From assembly GCA_963674755.2 (NCBI GenBank), contig CAXXVS010000002.1, positions 1,536,001 to 1,600,000 on the forward strand: DNA of 64,000 nucleotides, written 5' to 3'. The position numbers and the translations under genes were made by a program. How positions within the stretch are numbered: the stretch's first letter is position 1; the number at the start of each line of letters is the position of its first letter. Below are positions 1 through 10,833 of this stretch, one piece after another. The notes beneath the pieces are model-generated. The model searched no databases. It saw only the letters and a list, made by a program, of their open reading frames with translations, and was not told the origin of the DNA. Source of the DNA: Desulfobacterales bacterium. GTDB lineage: Bacteria > Desulfobacterota > Desulfobacteria > Desulfobacterales > UBA5852.

Positions 1-1710
1 GATGGCGCGCTCCAGGGTCATGGGCTTCACCGGCGACAGGATGACGTTTTCGTCCCGGCCGGCGGCCCGCATATTGGAGAGCTTCTTTTCCTTGCAGGGA
101 TTGGCGTTGATGTCGTTGGACCGGTTGTGCTCCCCGAAAACCAAACCCTCATAAACCGGGTCCCCGGGCTCGATAAACAGCTGGCCGCGGGGCTCCAGGT
201 TGAACAGGGCATAGGCCACGGCCTGGCCCTGGCGGTCGGATACGATGGAGCCGGTGAAACGGCTGGGAAATTCCCCCCGGTAGCTGTCGTAGCCCGCGAA
301 ATAGGTATTGAGGATCCCGGTGCCCTTGGTATCGGTAAGAAACTCGTCCCGGTAGCCGATGAGCGCCCGGGCCGGAATGGTAAATTCCAGCCGCACGCGG
401 CCGCTGCCGTGGTTGACCATATTGGCCATCTGCCCTTTGCGGGCCGAGAGCTTTTCGGTCACGATGCCCAAAAAGGTTTCATCGCAGTCGATATAGAGAT
501 GTTCGATGGGCTCCAGGCGCTCCCCGTCGCGGTACTTGAAGATGACTTCGGGACGGCCCACGGTGAGCTCGAACCCCTCCCGGCGCATGGTCTCGATCAG
601 AATCGCCATCTGGAATTCCCCGCGTCCCTTGACCAGGAAGACATCCCGGCTCTCGGTCTCCTCCATCTGGATGGCCACGTTGCGCAGGGTCTCTTTGACC
701 AATCGCTCCCGGATTTTGCGGGACTGCACGATCTTGCCCTCCCGGCCGGCCAGGGGCGAATTGTTGATGGTAAAGCGCATGGCCACCGTGGGTTCGTCCA
801 CCCGGATGCGGGGCAGGGCCACCGGCCCTTCCCGGGTGGCGATGGTGTCCCCGATCTGAACATCCTCGATACCGGACAGCACGATGATATCCCCGGTCTG
901 GGCGGTCTCCACCTCCTGTAGAACCAGCCCGTCATAGGTCTGGAGGCGCGAAACTTTGAGCGGGCGCTGGTGGCCGCCCACCCCGATGCAGATCAGGTTG
1001 TCCTTGAGGCGGGCGTTTCCGTTGACCACTTTGCCGATGGCCAGGCGTCCCAGGTAGTCGGAGTAGCCCAGATCGGATACCAGCATCTGGAAGGGGGCTT
1101 GCGGGTCAAAGGCCGGGGCCGGAATGGCCTCCACGATGAGATCCAGCAACGGATGCAGGTTGACGCCTTTTTCGCGGGCCGTCTTCTGGGCCACGCCGTC
1201 GCGCCCGATGGCATACAGATAAGGAAAGTCCAGTTGGTCTTCGTTGGCATCCAGATCGATAAAAAGATCGTAGACCATGTCCAGGACCTCTTCGGGACGG
1301 GCATCCTTGCGGTCGATCTTGTTGATCACCACGATCACGGGCAGCCCGGCCGCCAGGGTCTTTTCCAGGACGAAGCGCGTCTGGGGCAGCGGCCCCTCGG
1401 ACGCATCCACCAGCAGCAGGGCGCCGTCGGCCATGGAGAGGGCCCGCTCCACTTCCCCCCCGAAATCCGCATGGCCCGGGGTGTCGATGATATTGATTTT
1501 GACGTCCCGCCACACCACCGAGCAGTTTTTGGCGGCGATGGTGATCCCCCGCTCCCGCTCCAGGTCCATACTGTCCATGACCCGTTCGTCCACATCCTGA
1601 TTGTCCCGAAACGTGCCGCTTTGGCGGAACATGGCGTCCACCAGGGTGGTCTTACCGTGATCCACGTGGGCGATGATGGCAATGTTGCGAATCAACTTGT
1701 TTTGCTGCAT
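1..1710 (-). CDS. typA: Translational GTPase TypA/BipA (3' end runs off the window)
   Basis: Manual translation from ATG 1710: MQQNKLIRNIAIIAHVDHGKTTLVDAMF (G1 motif). The far end reads NPCKEKKLSNMRAAGRDE, the TypA C-terminal signature. Absent from the ORF track because it is truncated. Confidence 0.97.
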   Translation of the reverse strand, partial: MQQNKLIRNIAIIAHVDHGKTTLVDAMFRQSGTFRDNQDVDERVMDSMDLERERGITIAAKNCSVVWRDVKINIIDTPGHADFGGEVERALSMADGALLLVDASEGPLPQTRFVLEKTLAAGLPVIVVINKIDRKDARPEEVLDMVYDLFIDLDANEDQLDFPYLYAIGRDGVAQKTAREKGVNLHPLLDLIVEAIPAPAFDPQAPFQMLVSDLGYSDYLGRLAIGKVVNGNARLKDNLICIGVGGHQRPLKVSRLQTYDGLVLQEVETAQTGDIIVLSGIEDVQIGDTIATREGPVALPRIRVDEPTVAMRFTINNSPLAGREGKIVQSRKIRERLVKETLRNVAIQMEETESRDVFLVKGRGEFQMAILIETMRREGFELTVGRPEVIFKYRDGERLEPIEHLYIDCDETFLGIVTEKLSARKGQMANMVNHGSGRVRLEFTIPARALIGYRDEFLTDTKGTGILNTYFAGYDSYRGEFPSRFTGSIVSDRQGQAVAYALFNLEPRGQLFIEPGDPVYEGLVFGEHNRSNDINANPCKEKKLSNMRAAGRDENVILSPVKPMTLERAI

Positions 1711-2328
1711 TTCTAACGACATGAGTTGTATCCTTGCTTGGCGCAAAAAAAAACAGCCATCACTGGCGACGGCCTAAAAATAATCATCCTCGAGCGACCC
1801 ACCAGGGGCGGCGCGGCATACCCATCGGTGAAAGCGGCTGCCGGCAGAGGATATGGCTTAGGGAAACCAGGGCCTATATGCCATCCAATGTGTTTTGTCC
1901 ATAGAAATCCCTTTACCCGAACAGGCAGGCGCCCATACCGCAACGCCAGGAAACGTTCCGATGCAGAAAATCAGGTCTCCGATCCCGTCGTTTTTCAACA
2001 CAGGATCGGATCTTGACTTAAGAATTCACGATTGGGGCCGATAGCCCTATGGGGGTTGTCATGAACAGCGGTCATTCCACCGGGTGCATGGCGAACCTGT
2101 TCATTCAGGCGAACGGCCAAGGATGCAAATGGTAGGTTAGCGCAATATGCAACGGGCAGACGGGAGGGATGGCGTTTGGTTCCGTTTGATTTTGATAGGG
2201 AATGCCCCAACAGGCGGCCATCGGCAACCGCCCCGGCGACGCTCTTTTGACATGCACCTTGACCGAGGGATCTAATTGGGTTAAGGCGACGCTTTCCTGT
2301 ATAAAACAAAAGGTGGGACTTCGCTTCC

Positions 2329-2748
2329 ATGGAAGATCATAGCAGACAAAAATGGCTCTCAATCCTGTTTTTTACCGTGTCGGGATTGGTTTTCGGCATT
2401 TCGTTCTATCTGATCACGGCCGGTGCCGGCGCCTCGCCCGAGCCGACGCCGGCCACCGTCGCGGCCGCCACCAATGTCCTGCCCTACGCGGACCAACCGC
2501 AGGTCAACATTGTGTTGCAACGGGACATTCGGATGCGGTTGGGTGATCTGGACATCACCTACCGGGGTGTGGAAGATCACAAGCTGCGCCTGGAAGTGGT
2601 GGTCCTGGATCTCGATCCCCAATATGCTTACCAGCACGCCATTGCCTTGGACAAGGCCGGCCTTGGTTTCCGGCTGGCGGGCGTCCGGCTGAAGCTGCTT
2701 TCCGCCCGGGATTCGCGTGCCAAACTCCTTTGGGACCGCCAGGGATAG
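2329..2748 (+). CDS. Hypothetical protein with N-terminal membrane anchor
   Basis: 139-aa ORF with a hydrophobic N-terminal helix and host-like GC codon usage. Confidence 0.7.
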   Translation: MEDHSRQKWLSILFFTVSGLVFGISFYLITAGAGASPEPTPATVAAATNVLPYADQPQVNIVLQRDIRMRLGDLDITYRGVEDHKLRLEVVVLDLDPQYAYQHAIALDKAGLGFRLAGVRLKLLSARDSRAKLLWDRQG

Positions 2749-2769
2749 AGACCGCCGGCCCGAAACGGG

Positions 2770-3153
2770 TTACTCGTGAATACGTCGATCCCAGTCGAAT
2801 TCCCGGGACGTCACGCTGTCTTCCAGCCGGCGGATGCGCCGTTCGAGATCCCGGGCCCGGCGCCGGATGCGCTGGGCGGCCCCTTCGGGGGAGTGGACAT
2901 AGCTGTGGTAGAACTCGCGCTCATCGTCGCTGCGGATGGGACGAACCGGTTCGGGCTTCATGATCAGGGCGGCGATCAGGTAGATGCCCGTCATGGGCCA
3001 CAGACCGGTCGTGATGAGCAGCACGACGGCCAGCATTCGAATCCAGCCGACTTTGAGGTCGAAATAGTCGGCAAGCCCCCGGCATACCCCAAAAAGCACG
3101 CCCTTGCGGGACCGATAGAGACCGTTGGAAGGTCTAATGCGTTTTCTCGCCAT
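2770..3153 (-). CDS. pspC: Envelope stress response membrane protein PspC
   Basis: LYRSRKGVLFGVCRGLADYF PspC motif, LEDSVTSREFDWD C-terminus, psp operon context. Confidence 0.93.
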   Translation of the reverse strand: MARKRIRPSNGLYRSRKGVLFGVCRGLADYFDLKVGWIRMLAVVLLITTGLWPMTGIYLIAALIMKPEPVRPIRSDDEREFYHSYVHSPEGAAQRIRRRARDLERRIRRLEDSVTSREFDWDRRIHE

Positions 3154-3400
3154 GATCTTTGGAACTCCTCTCTGAATACTCCATCAGGATGGTCTCCAGC
3201 GCTTCCACCCGTTGTTCCATTCGTGACAACCCCTGGTAAATATCCTGAATCATCCGGGCCTCTTTCTCCCGGGCCTCCCGGCTGTGAGCGGAAAGCCCCC
3301 CGTGGCGCAATTTCATGGCCAGGAGGATGGTGGCGCAAACCGTGCCCAGAATAAGCACCAGGCTGCCGAAAACTATCGTGACAATCCAGACCGCCGTCAT
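3134..3400 (-). CDS. pspB: PspB-like phage shock protein
   Basis: N-terminal TM helix plus RMEQRVEALETIL coiled-coil motif; lies between pspA and pspC. Confidence 0.8.
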   Translation of the reverse strand: MTAVWIVTIVFGSLVLILGTVCATILLAMKLRHGGLSAHSREAREKEARMIQDIYQGLSRMEQRVEALETILMEYSERSSKDHGEKTH

Positions 3401-3706
3401 GGGGTATCCACTCCCGGGTTAGATCGGTATCCATCCAGAGGTGACAACTTTTGGCCCCTGGCCCGCCGCCGGTGGACCAAATCCACCTTTAGCGGGCAAG
3501 CTGGCGTTCGCGCCTCCTGTCGGTCCTCGGCGTAGCCGGGCTGCGCCGGTGGACGCCCGTCGGCTGCGCTTTGTTGAACACCGATGTGTTACAGATCCGG
3601 CGTGAAATCCCGCGCTGTGCGGCGGGACCAGGAACCCAAATCTACCACCTCTGGATGGATACATGATAATTCGCGTCTATAACATGATACGGGGTGCCCG
3701 GCCGTT

Positions 3707-4387
3707 TCAGGTCGCCGCCGGCTTATCGACTGTTTCTGGCCGTGATTTGATTGCGGCCAGCTCATTTTCGATGTCGTCATCCGTAACCAGTTCCTCGAAA
3801 GCCTTATCGAGGGTCGGGCCGGCGCCGTAGTTGACCAGATCGGCTTCGGCTTCCATGCGATCGATGCGCCGTTCCAGCTCCTCGAATTTGGCGATGGTTT
3901 CATGATTGCCGGCGCGCCGGATCTCTTCCTGCGCACGGCGGGCGTTCTGGGCCCGGGCGTGGCGGTGAACCAGCATACGCTGTTTTTCACGCGCGGAATG
4001 CAGCTTGTTCTCCAGTTGCTGGATATCATCGTGGTATTGATTGATCAATCCATCCTGCTCGGCCATCTCCCCCTGGAACCCTTCGGCCAGACGCGTAAAA
4101 CGACGCTTTTCAAGAAGGGCCTCCCGGGCCAGGTCGTCGCGGCCTTTGCGCACCGCCAGACGGGCCCGCTCATCCCAGTGGCGCTCCCTGTCCTGAACTT
4201 CCGCCAGGCGCCGCCCTGTCTTTTTGTGGTCGGCGATAACACCGGCGCAGGCCGCCTTGATCTCCACCAGCGTGTCTTCCATCTCCCGGATCATCAGCTT
4301 GATCAATTTCTCCGGGTCTTCCGCCCGATCGAGCATGGCATTGATATTGGAACTGATAATGTCGCGAAAACGTGTAAAAATTCCCAT
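3707..4387 (-). CDS. pspA: Phage shock protein PspA
   Basis: MGIFTRFRDIISSNINAMLDRAEDPEK; GGAGG RBS upstream of ATG 4387. Confidence 0.96.
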   Translation of the reverse strand: MGIFTRFRDIISSNINAMLDRAEDPEKLIKLMIREMEDTLVEIKAACAGVIADHKKTGRRLAEVQDRERHWDERARLAVRKGRDDLAREALLEKRRFTRLAEGFQGEMAEQDGLINQYHDDIQQLENKLHSAREKQRMLVHRHARAQNARRAQEEIRRAGNHETIAKFEELERRIDRMEAEADLVNYGAGPTLDKAFEELVTDDDIENELAAIKSRPETVDKPAAT

Positions 4388-4421
4388 GAGGACCTCCTGG
4401 TTTGGTTTGGTCGAATACCAA

Positions 4422-4438
4422 AGCAGAAAGGATGCCAA
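4422..4438 (-). promoter_or_regulatory. Sigma54 -24/-12 promoter of pspA
   Basis: Minus strand TTGGCATCCTTTCTGCT fits GG-N10-GC; divergent from pspF. Confidence 0.8.
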
Positions 4439-4573
4439 ACTGATCATCCGCGTTGTTTATACGTTATTCCAACTAGATACCCATTGACAGGGCCAATATC
4501 CCTATTGTATTTATTCTCCATATATTAGCTAAATTTACCATTTTTACGTCTTTTTACCACACTACGGATCGCC

Positions 4574-5602
4574 ATGGTCGCCCTATCATCCCCCGCCGCC
4601 GACTACCAGGAAGGCCTCGGTCAATCCGAAGCGTTTCTGGATTTCCAGGAACGGCTCTCCCGGGTGGCGACGGTCGAACGTCCGGTCCTGCTGATCGGCG
4701 AGCGGGGCACCGGCAAGGAACTGGCCGCCCGCCGCCTGCATTATCTCTCCCCGCGCTGGGAGGGTGCCTTTCTGACGTTGAATTGTGCGGCCCTTAGCCC
4801 CGCCCTGATCGAATCCGAACTCTTCGGACACGAACGGGGCGCCTTCACCGGAGCCCAGCAGCGGCGCATCGGCCGCTTTGAAACGGCCCATCGCGGTACG
4901 TTTTTTTTGGATGAAATCGGGTCCATCCCCCTGGCCGCCCAGGAAAAGATCCTGCGGGTGGTGGAGTATGGTAGTTTCGAACGGGTGGGCAGCAGCGCCC
5001 CGGTGGAAGTCGATGTGCGCATCGTGGGCGCCACCCATGCCGATCTGCGCGGCATGGCGCGGGAGGGTCGCTTCAAGCAGGATTTGCTGGATCGGCTGGC
5101 CTTCGAAGTCCTGTACCTGCCGCCCCTGCGATCGCGCCAGGGGGATATCCTGCTGCTGGCCCGCCATTTTGCCGGACGCATGGCACTTGAATTGGGCCGC
5201 CGGGAGGTGCCGGTGTTCAGCCGCGCGGCCGAAAAGGACCTGGCGCGTTACCCCTGGCCGGGCAACATCCGCGAACTTAAAAACGTGGTGGAACGGGCGG
5301 TCTATCTTGCCGAAGGAGACCGTATCACCACCATCCGCTTCGATCCCTTCGATCTGCCCGGATTGCCGGCGACGCGGCCCGATCCGCCGTCGACACTCCC
5401 GGCAGAAGAAGCGCCGGCCGTACCGGCGGCCGGTCCTCCGTCCGATCTGCCGTTAACCGAGGCGGTCGCGCAACTCCAGCTGGATCGGCTGAAAGCGGCC
5501 CTTCAGGCCACCCGCTTCAACCAGCGCCGGGCCGCGACGCGTTTGGGCCTGACCTACGATCAGTTCCGGGGGCTCATGCGCAAGTTCAAAGACCACCTGT
5601 GA
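4574..5602 (+). CDS. pspF: Phage shock operon sigma54 activator PspF
   Basis: GERGTGKE Walker A, GAFTGA loop, WPGNIREL, C-terminal HTH, no N-terminal regulatory domain; divergent from pspA. Confidence 0.95.
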   Translation: MVALSSPAADYQEGLGQSEAFLDFQERLSRVATVERPVLLIGERGTGKELAARRLHYLSPRWEGAFLTLNCAALSPALIESELFGHERGAFTGAQQRRIGRFETAHRGTFFLDEIGSIPLAAQEKILRVVEYGSFERVGSSAPVEVDVRIVGATHADLRGMAREGRFKQDLLDRLAFEVLYLPPLRSRQGDILLLARHFAGRMALELGRREVPVFSRAAEKDLARYPWPGNIRELKNVVERAVYLAEGDRITTIRFDPFDLPGLPATRPDPPSTLPAEEAPAVPAAGPPSDLPLTEAVAQLQLDRLKAALQATRFNQRRAATRLGLTYDQFRGLMRKFKDHL

Positions 5603-5659
5603 CCCGACTTTCGGCCGCCTGCGAGCGGAGCGGAACGGCCTTCTTCCCGGGCGGCATCA

Positions 5660-8600
5660 TCACACCCGCCGCACAGGGGACCGGTCCAGTTCCCCACGGA
5701 CCGCCATACCGATTTTTTCGAGGGTGTAAGGCTTCTTCAGATACTGACCGACGCCCAGATCCAGGGCGGTCTTGACGCGCTCGGTTTCGGCGTATCCGCT
5801 GGCGATGATCACCTTCTGCTCTGGCCGGATGGCCATGATTTCCCGGTAGGTATCCAAACCGTCCATTCCGGGATCCATGATCATGTCGAGGATCACCAGA
5901 TCCACGGCATTCGCTTTCAGAAAGGCGACCGCCTTTTCGCCGCTGGAAACCGTTGTAACGGCATAGTTCAGGCGGCTCAAGATGCGGGAGGCGATTTCAC
6001 GCTGCTCCTGAATGTCGTCCACCACCAAAATTGATTCGTTGCGCCCGCGGATGGTATCGTGCGACGGGACCGGGTGATCCTGGCGCACCTTGCGCGACAT
6101 CGGGAAGTAAAGTTCGAATACGCTTCCGTTGCCGGTTTCGCTCTGGATATCGATGTAGCCCTTGTGGTCCTGGACCGTACCCCACACCACGGCCATGCCG
6201 AGGCCGGTGCCGCTGCGCCCCAAAACCTTTTTGGTGTAGAACGGCTCAAAAATGCGGGGGAGATCTTCTTCGGCAATGCCGTGCCCCTGATCGGCAACCC
6301 GCAGGAGGATATATTCCCCTTCAGCGACTTTTTCATATCCGGCCAGGGGTTGGTCTACATAGCAGCTTTCGGTAGAGATACGGACCAGACCGCCACCCGG
6401 TTGGGCTTCGGCGGCATTGGCAATCAGGTTCAAAATCGTCTTTTTAAGATGGATCGGCGAGCCTTCCAGGTTGGGCAAATTGGGCTCGCAGACGACCTGG
6501 AAATCCACATCCGGGTGGAAGCCGACCAGCTTGTGGTGCTCCGGCGAGCGCATAACGTCGGTAACGATGTCATTGAGGTTGATCACTTCGAAGGCGGTGA
6601 CCCCTCTGCGGGCCAGGGTCAACAGATCCTGCACGATAGCGGCGGCCTTGAGGCCGGATTCCTTGATCGTCATCACCGAGGCTGCCAGGGGGCTGTCCGC
6701 CGGAAGATCCATCAGAATCAAATCCGGATAGCTCACGATGCCGGAAAGGACATTATTGAGATCGTGGGCCACACCCCCCGCCAGAAGGCCAAGGGCCTCC
6801 ATTTTTCGGGACCGGGACAGCTTTTCAAGGAGTTCGAGACGCTCGGCTTCGGCTTTTTTGCGCTGGGAGACGTCCCGGGCGACGCCCAGAATCGTCTCCG
6901 GACATCCTTTTTCATCCAACATGATCGTGGCGGTCACCTCGGTCCAGACCTGAGTGCCGTTTTTGTGACGAAGCGCCAGTCCCAGGGTCTGCAAACGTCG
7001 AAAATTCCCGGGCCGCTCCCTGTCAGCGACCGCCCGGTCAAGGGCCGCCTGAACTTTTGCGCGTTCGAACTCGGGAATGATCTCCTCGAGGTTGAGCGCC
7101 ATGATTTCCTTGGCGGTCCATCCCAGGATATGCCTGCTTGTGGGGCTTACGTAAGTAAAGTTATAATTCAGGTCCATGGTCCAGATGGTTTCAGAAATGC
7201 TCTCGGTGAGCAGCCGATATTTCTCTTCGCTTTGCCGCAAGGCCTCCTCGGTCTTCTTCCGCTCGGAGATGTCGCGCATGATGCCCACAGCATGCCACTG
7301 CTCCTTGAGTCGGACGGACGCCAGGGAAAGCTCCACCGGAATTTCGCTCCCGTCCCGGTGGCATGCCGCCAATTCGATGGTGCGGCCGACCGCATCCCCT
7401 TCGCCGGTAAGCTGGAAGGCGTCAAAGGCCTGCATGAAACCTTTCAGATACCGATCCGGTGCCAGAAAGCGGTGCAACCGCCGGCCCAGCACGTCCTCCT
7501 CCCGATAGCCGAACATCTCCTCCCCGGCACGGCTCCAGTAAGCAATTTTCCCTTCGTTGTCGATCATGATGATGGCATCCCGAGCTGCATAGCCGATGGC
7601 CCGGAACATCTCCTGGCTGTCCTTTAAATCCTGCTCCGCCCGCAGGCGTTCCGTAATGTCCCGGAACTCGGTGACACGCGCGTTCTCATCGCCGAAGGGG
7701 ATGTCTTTGCCCTGGATCTCCAACGGATAGACGGATCCGTCCTTGCGCAGGCCCACCACCTCGTAAGGCGCCTCGAAACCGGAGAGGATGTTGCGGCGCA
7801 CGGTATCGCGCCATTCGGGGGCAATCAACTGCAGCCCGTCCATGCCGATCAATTCGTCTTCGCTGTAGCCGGTCAAGCGGGTCAGCGCCTGATTGACATC
7901 CTTGATGAGGCCTTTTACGTGGATGCCGATGGCGCCCACCGATGCTTCATGCATCCGGCGAAAGCGGGCTTCGCTTTCCTGCAGTTTGATCTCGTTTTTT
8001 TTGCGCTCGGAGATGTCTTCAAGATTGACGACCATGCCGCCGGCCGAACCGGTTCCCGGACGATAGGTGGCGGCATGGATCTGAACGTGAATGACGGTGC
8101 CGTCCTTGCGACGCCGCTGGGTTTCGAAGGCGAAAGAGCAGTCCTGAAAAGCTTTCTCGATGGCTTGGCGGGTCTCTTCCCGGCAGTCCTCCGGGACGAA
8201 ATCGATCGGTTGGCCGATGAGCTCCCGCAGTTCCCAGCCGAAAATGCGAGTAAAAGCCGGGTTGCAATACAGGACCTTGCCCTGGTTGTCATACACCACG
8301 ACCGCGTTGGGACTGGATTCCAGAACGGCCCTGTACTTTTCACGGCTTTCAGCCAAGTCCCGCCAGGCCTCATGCCGCCGCTTTTCCGTTCCACTCCACT
8401 GCCAGACATAGTAGCCCGAGAAGGCGATCAGCAACAGCAGCAGCGCCACGCTGAGCATGATCAGACGATGGGACAGGACGGCGGCCTCCGCACGGACATC
8501 TTCGATATAGATCCCCGAACCGAGGATCCATCCCCAGGGCTGGAAGGCCTCGACGTAGGATATTTTCGGAACGATGCGATGGGGGTCGTCCTTCCACTGC

Positions 8601-9067
8601 CACATGTAGTCCACGAAACCGCCGCCCTTATGACGGGCCGCGCGCACAACCTCGCGAAACAGGAATTTCCCGCTGGGGTCCTCGTAATCCGCAATATTGT
8701 GGCCGACAAGATCCTGCCGATAGGGATGCATGATCAACGTGGGGGTAAAGTCGTTGATCCAGAAGTAGTCTTTATTTTCCGGTCCATAGCGCATGTTCTG
8801 CAGCAGGTGGAGGGCCCTTTGCTGGGCTTCGGCACGGGACAGCAGCCCCTGCTGTTCCTGGTCGTGGTAATACACCAGCGTCTGCATGGCCGTCCGGACC
8901 AATTCCCGGACCATTTCCTTCTTCAAGGCCAGCATGCGGCTTTCCACCAGGGGGAGCGCCACCCGGAGGACGATCAGCACAAACGCCAGCAACAATAGCA
9001 GGGCGGGAATGACGATCCGCATGGGGCTGGCCGGTTTGCCGCTTACGGATGCTTTGTGAGAAAGCAT
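5660..9067 (-). CDS. Hybrid sensor histidine kinase (sCache, four PAS, HisKA, HATPase, receiver)
   Basis: DYFWIND/HP Cache motif, repeated PAS, AGGVAHDLNN H-box, GTGLG, C-terminal REC. Start uncertain (9067 or 9022). Confidence 0.92.
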   Translation of the reverse strand: MLSHKASVSGKPASPMRIVIPALLLLLAFVLIVLRVALPLVESRMLALKKEMVRELVRTAMQTLVYYHDQEQQGLLSRAEAQQRALHLLQNMRYGPENKDYFWINDFTPTLIMHPYRQDLVGHNIADYEDPSGKFLFREVVRAARHKGGGFVDYMWQWKDDPHRIVPKISYVEAFQPWGWILGSGIYIEDVRAEAAVLSHRLIMLSVALLLLLIAFSGYYVWQWSGTEKRRHEAWRDLAESREKYRAVLESSPNAVVVYDNQGKVLYCNPAFTRIFGWELRELIGQPIDFVPEDCREETRQAIEKAFQDCSFAFETQRRRKDGTVIHVQIHAATYRPGTGSAGGMVVNLEDISERKKNEIKLQESEARFRRMHEASVGAIGIHVKGLIKDVNQALTRLTGYSEDELIGMDGLQLIAPEWRDTVRRNILSGFEAPYEVVGLRKDGSVYPLEIQGKDIPFGDENARVTEFRDITERLRAEQDLKDSQEMFRAIGYAARDAIIMIDNEGKIAYWSRAGEEMFGYREEDVLGRRLHRFLAPDRYLKGFMQAFDAFQLTGEGDAVGRTIELAACHRDGSEIPVELSLASVRLKEQWHAVGIMRDISERKKTEEALRQSEEKYRLLTESISETIWTMDLNYNFTYVSPTSRHILGWTAKEIMALNLEEIIPEFERAKVQAALDRAVADRERPGNFRRLQTLGLALRHKNGTQVWTEVTATIMLDEKGCPETILGVARDVSQRKKAEAERLELLEKLSRSRKMEALGLLAGGVAHDLNNVLSGIVSYPDLILMDLPADSPLAASVMTIKESGLKAAAIVQDLLTLARRGVTAFEVINLNDIVTDVMRSPEHHKLVGFHPDVDFQVVCEPNLPNLEGSPIHLKKTILNLIANAAEAQPGGGLVRISTESCYVDQPLAGYEKVAEGEYILLRVADQGHGIAEEDLPRIFEPFYTKKVLGRSGTGLGMAVVWGTVQDHKGYIDIQSETGNGSVFELYFPMSRKVRQDHPVPSHDTIRGRNESILVVDDIQEQREIASRILSRLNYAVTTVSSGEKAVAFLKANAVDLVILDMIMDPGMDGLDTYREIMAIRPEQKVIIASGYAETERVKTALDLGVGQYLKKPYTLEKIGMAVRGELDRSPVRRV

Positions 9068-9188
9068 GGCAGGTCTCTCCAAAAGTTCTTCCCTCTCCGG
9101 GATCCATGCCAAAGATTTGGGTCTGGATTGGCCTCGACCCGTCCGCTGGCGCTGCGGATAGGAAGTGATCCGACCCCTCAACCCTGTT

Positions 9189-10568
9189 CTAACGAAAGGA
9201 TTGGGAATCGATTCGCAACAACCGGCGCACCACCCGCCAGGCGAAAAAAGCGAACAGCAGGACGCATCCCAGCAGCAGGGAGGACAATGATACCATTCTT
9301 CCCGATGTGCGCCGGGGGGAGGCTTTCGCCTGCAGGTACCCGCCGAGCGTTATCGCAGGCCCGATGGCGAGGGTCGCGATCCGTTCGCCGGCCGCCGCCC
9401 GGGCTTCCGTCAGGTCGGCCGGCGGCGGCAGGGCTTCCGCCATCCGGCTGCCGTACGCCAAAAGGTAGGCCCCACCGCGTTCCGCCTTAAAAAAAAGCGC
9501 TTGGGGCCGCCACCCCAGCATCAATCGGGGAACATTGTTTCCCAGACGGCTGCGGCGAGGGTCGATATCGAGCTTCCAGTGCCGATCGGCGGTTTCCGGC
9601 AGACTCACCGGAAGATTGCGCAGAATTTGATCTTCCCAGGTCAACTGATAGAAGAGCCCCTGATAGTGAATACGCCACACGGCGCGTTCGGCATCCCGCG
9701 ACTGAAGAGTGCCGACCAACAAGCTGTTGCCCTGTGAAAACCGCAAATCGACTTGATCCACCGGGAACCACCCGCCGCTGTCGAATTGCATACTGCCGGG
9801 GGCTTGCTGGTCGGTTCGATAGGCGGCCCGAACCCACCGTCGTGGGGGTAGCGGGGTCCGGAGGACCGGCACACCCTCCACCGCCTTCAACATCACGGCA
9901 TCGGCGCCGCTGATCCAGGACAATTTGAAATACCGATCCTGCGGCTTTCCGACGGGCAGAACAATGGTCCGATTTTCCAGCCGCCACTCGCCGTGCCGGA
10001 TGTCCCACAAAGAAACGGCCGGAACCAGCGGCTGCCAGTGGGTAAGATCGCGGCCGGTCTCGAGGCGGACGTTGACCAGCACATTGGGCCGGTTCCGCTG
10101 CCAGACGAGGGTGAGCTTGGCAAGGCCCCGCGGCAGACCGTTGTGATCGATAAGATAAGCCGGTGCCGCCTTTTCTTCCCCTGTGACCGGTAAACCGGAA
10201 CGGCCCGGCAGCGCGCGGCTGGGGTTCGTGCCCACGCTCACATCGGGGCGGCCCTTACCCGGCGTTTCATTGCCGAGCGGAGAAAATGGCAAGGGAGTGG
10301 GGTGGACCGTGCCGTCAGCCGCCGGAGGACGTTCCAGGAGGTGGGGCACCGGGCGCCCGTCCATGCGAAAAATAGCGATATCACCGGCATCGGACCGGGC
10401 CATATGACGATAAACCGTCTCCGGCAGGACCACCCTTACAAGACCGCTTTGTTCGGGGGGGGCCAGACGCAGGCCATAGGCGAAATCATTCATGCGGAAT
10501 GCGGCACGACCTGCCACGGGGAGGGCAAGAATAGCAAGCAACCATAGCGCCCGGATACTGGCTTTCAT
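9189..10568 (-). CDS. DUF3999-like exported protein with C-terminal TM
   Basis: Signal peptide, DFAYG start, LGWRP...YLLAYGS motif, C-terminal TM. Confidence 0.7.
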   Translation of the reverse strand: MKASIRALWLLAILALPVAGRAAFRMNDFAYGLRLAPPEQSGLVRVVLPETVYRHMARSDAGDIAIFRMDGRPVPHLLERPPAADGTVHPTPLPFSPLGNETPGKGRPDVSVGTNPSRALPGRSGLPVTGEEKAAPAYLIDHNGLPRGLAKLTLVWQRNRPNVLVNVRLETGRDLTHWQPLVPAVSLWDIRHGEWRLENRTIVLPVGKPQDRYFKLSWISGADAVMLKAVEGVPVLRTPLPPRRWVRAAYRTDQQAPGSMQFDSGGWFPVDQVDLRFSQGNSLLVGTLQSRDAERAVWRIHYQGLFYQLTWEDQILRNLPVSLPETADRHWKLDIDPRRSRLGNNVPRLMLGWRPQALFFKAERGGAYLLAYGSRMAEALPPPADLTEARAAAGERIATLAIGPAITLGGYLQAKASPRRTSGRMVSLSSLLLGCVLLFAFFAWRVVRRLLRIDSQSFR

Positions 10569-10833
10569 TGGTCGAGCCCTTGTGAAAGGAGGGGCCGTGG
10601 ATCGTTCAAACCCCTCAAAACGGAGTTGTGGTGCCGCCTTATTTGGATAAGGTAGCATTCACGTTAATTGATTGCAATGCGGATCACAACCGAAGCTCGG
10701 ATGAAACGCATTGCCACAAGAATCCAGCGGATATCTAAAACCCGGGGAAATCGTTTAATTTCGAGCCAGTGCGTTTCGACGGGGGGTAAAGCACGGCGCC
10801 ATCTTTTGAAGGGGCGGCGGGGCAAACCCGCTT

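Noticed and set aside
127..1716. Long + strand ORFs (127-921, 970-1716)
   Set aside because: They are antisense shadows of typA. The same applies to most long overlapping ORFs opposite the kinases, ABC genes, istA, ycaO and dynamin in this GC-rich DNA.
1780..2328. Riboswitch (e.g. c-di-GMP) in the long intergenic region
   Set aside because: No recognisable aptamer consensus by eye; only a short TCCGATCC/GGATCGGA hairpin.
3419..3664. Extra ORF between pspA and pspB
   Set aside because: No recognisable motif and low-complexity Arg/Gly/Pro composition; cannot be supported.
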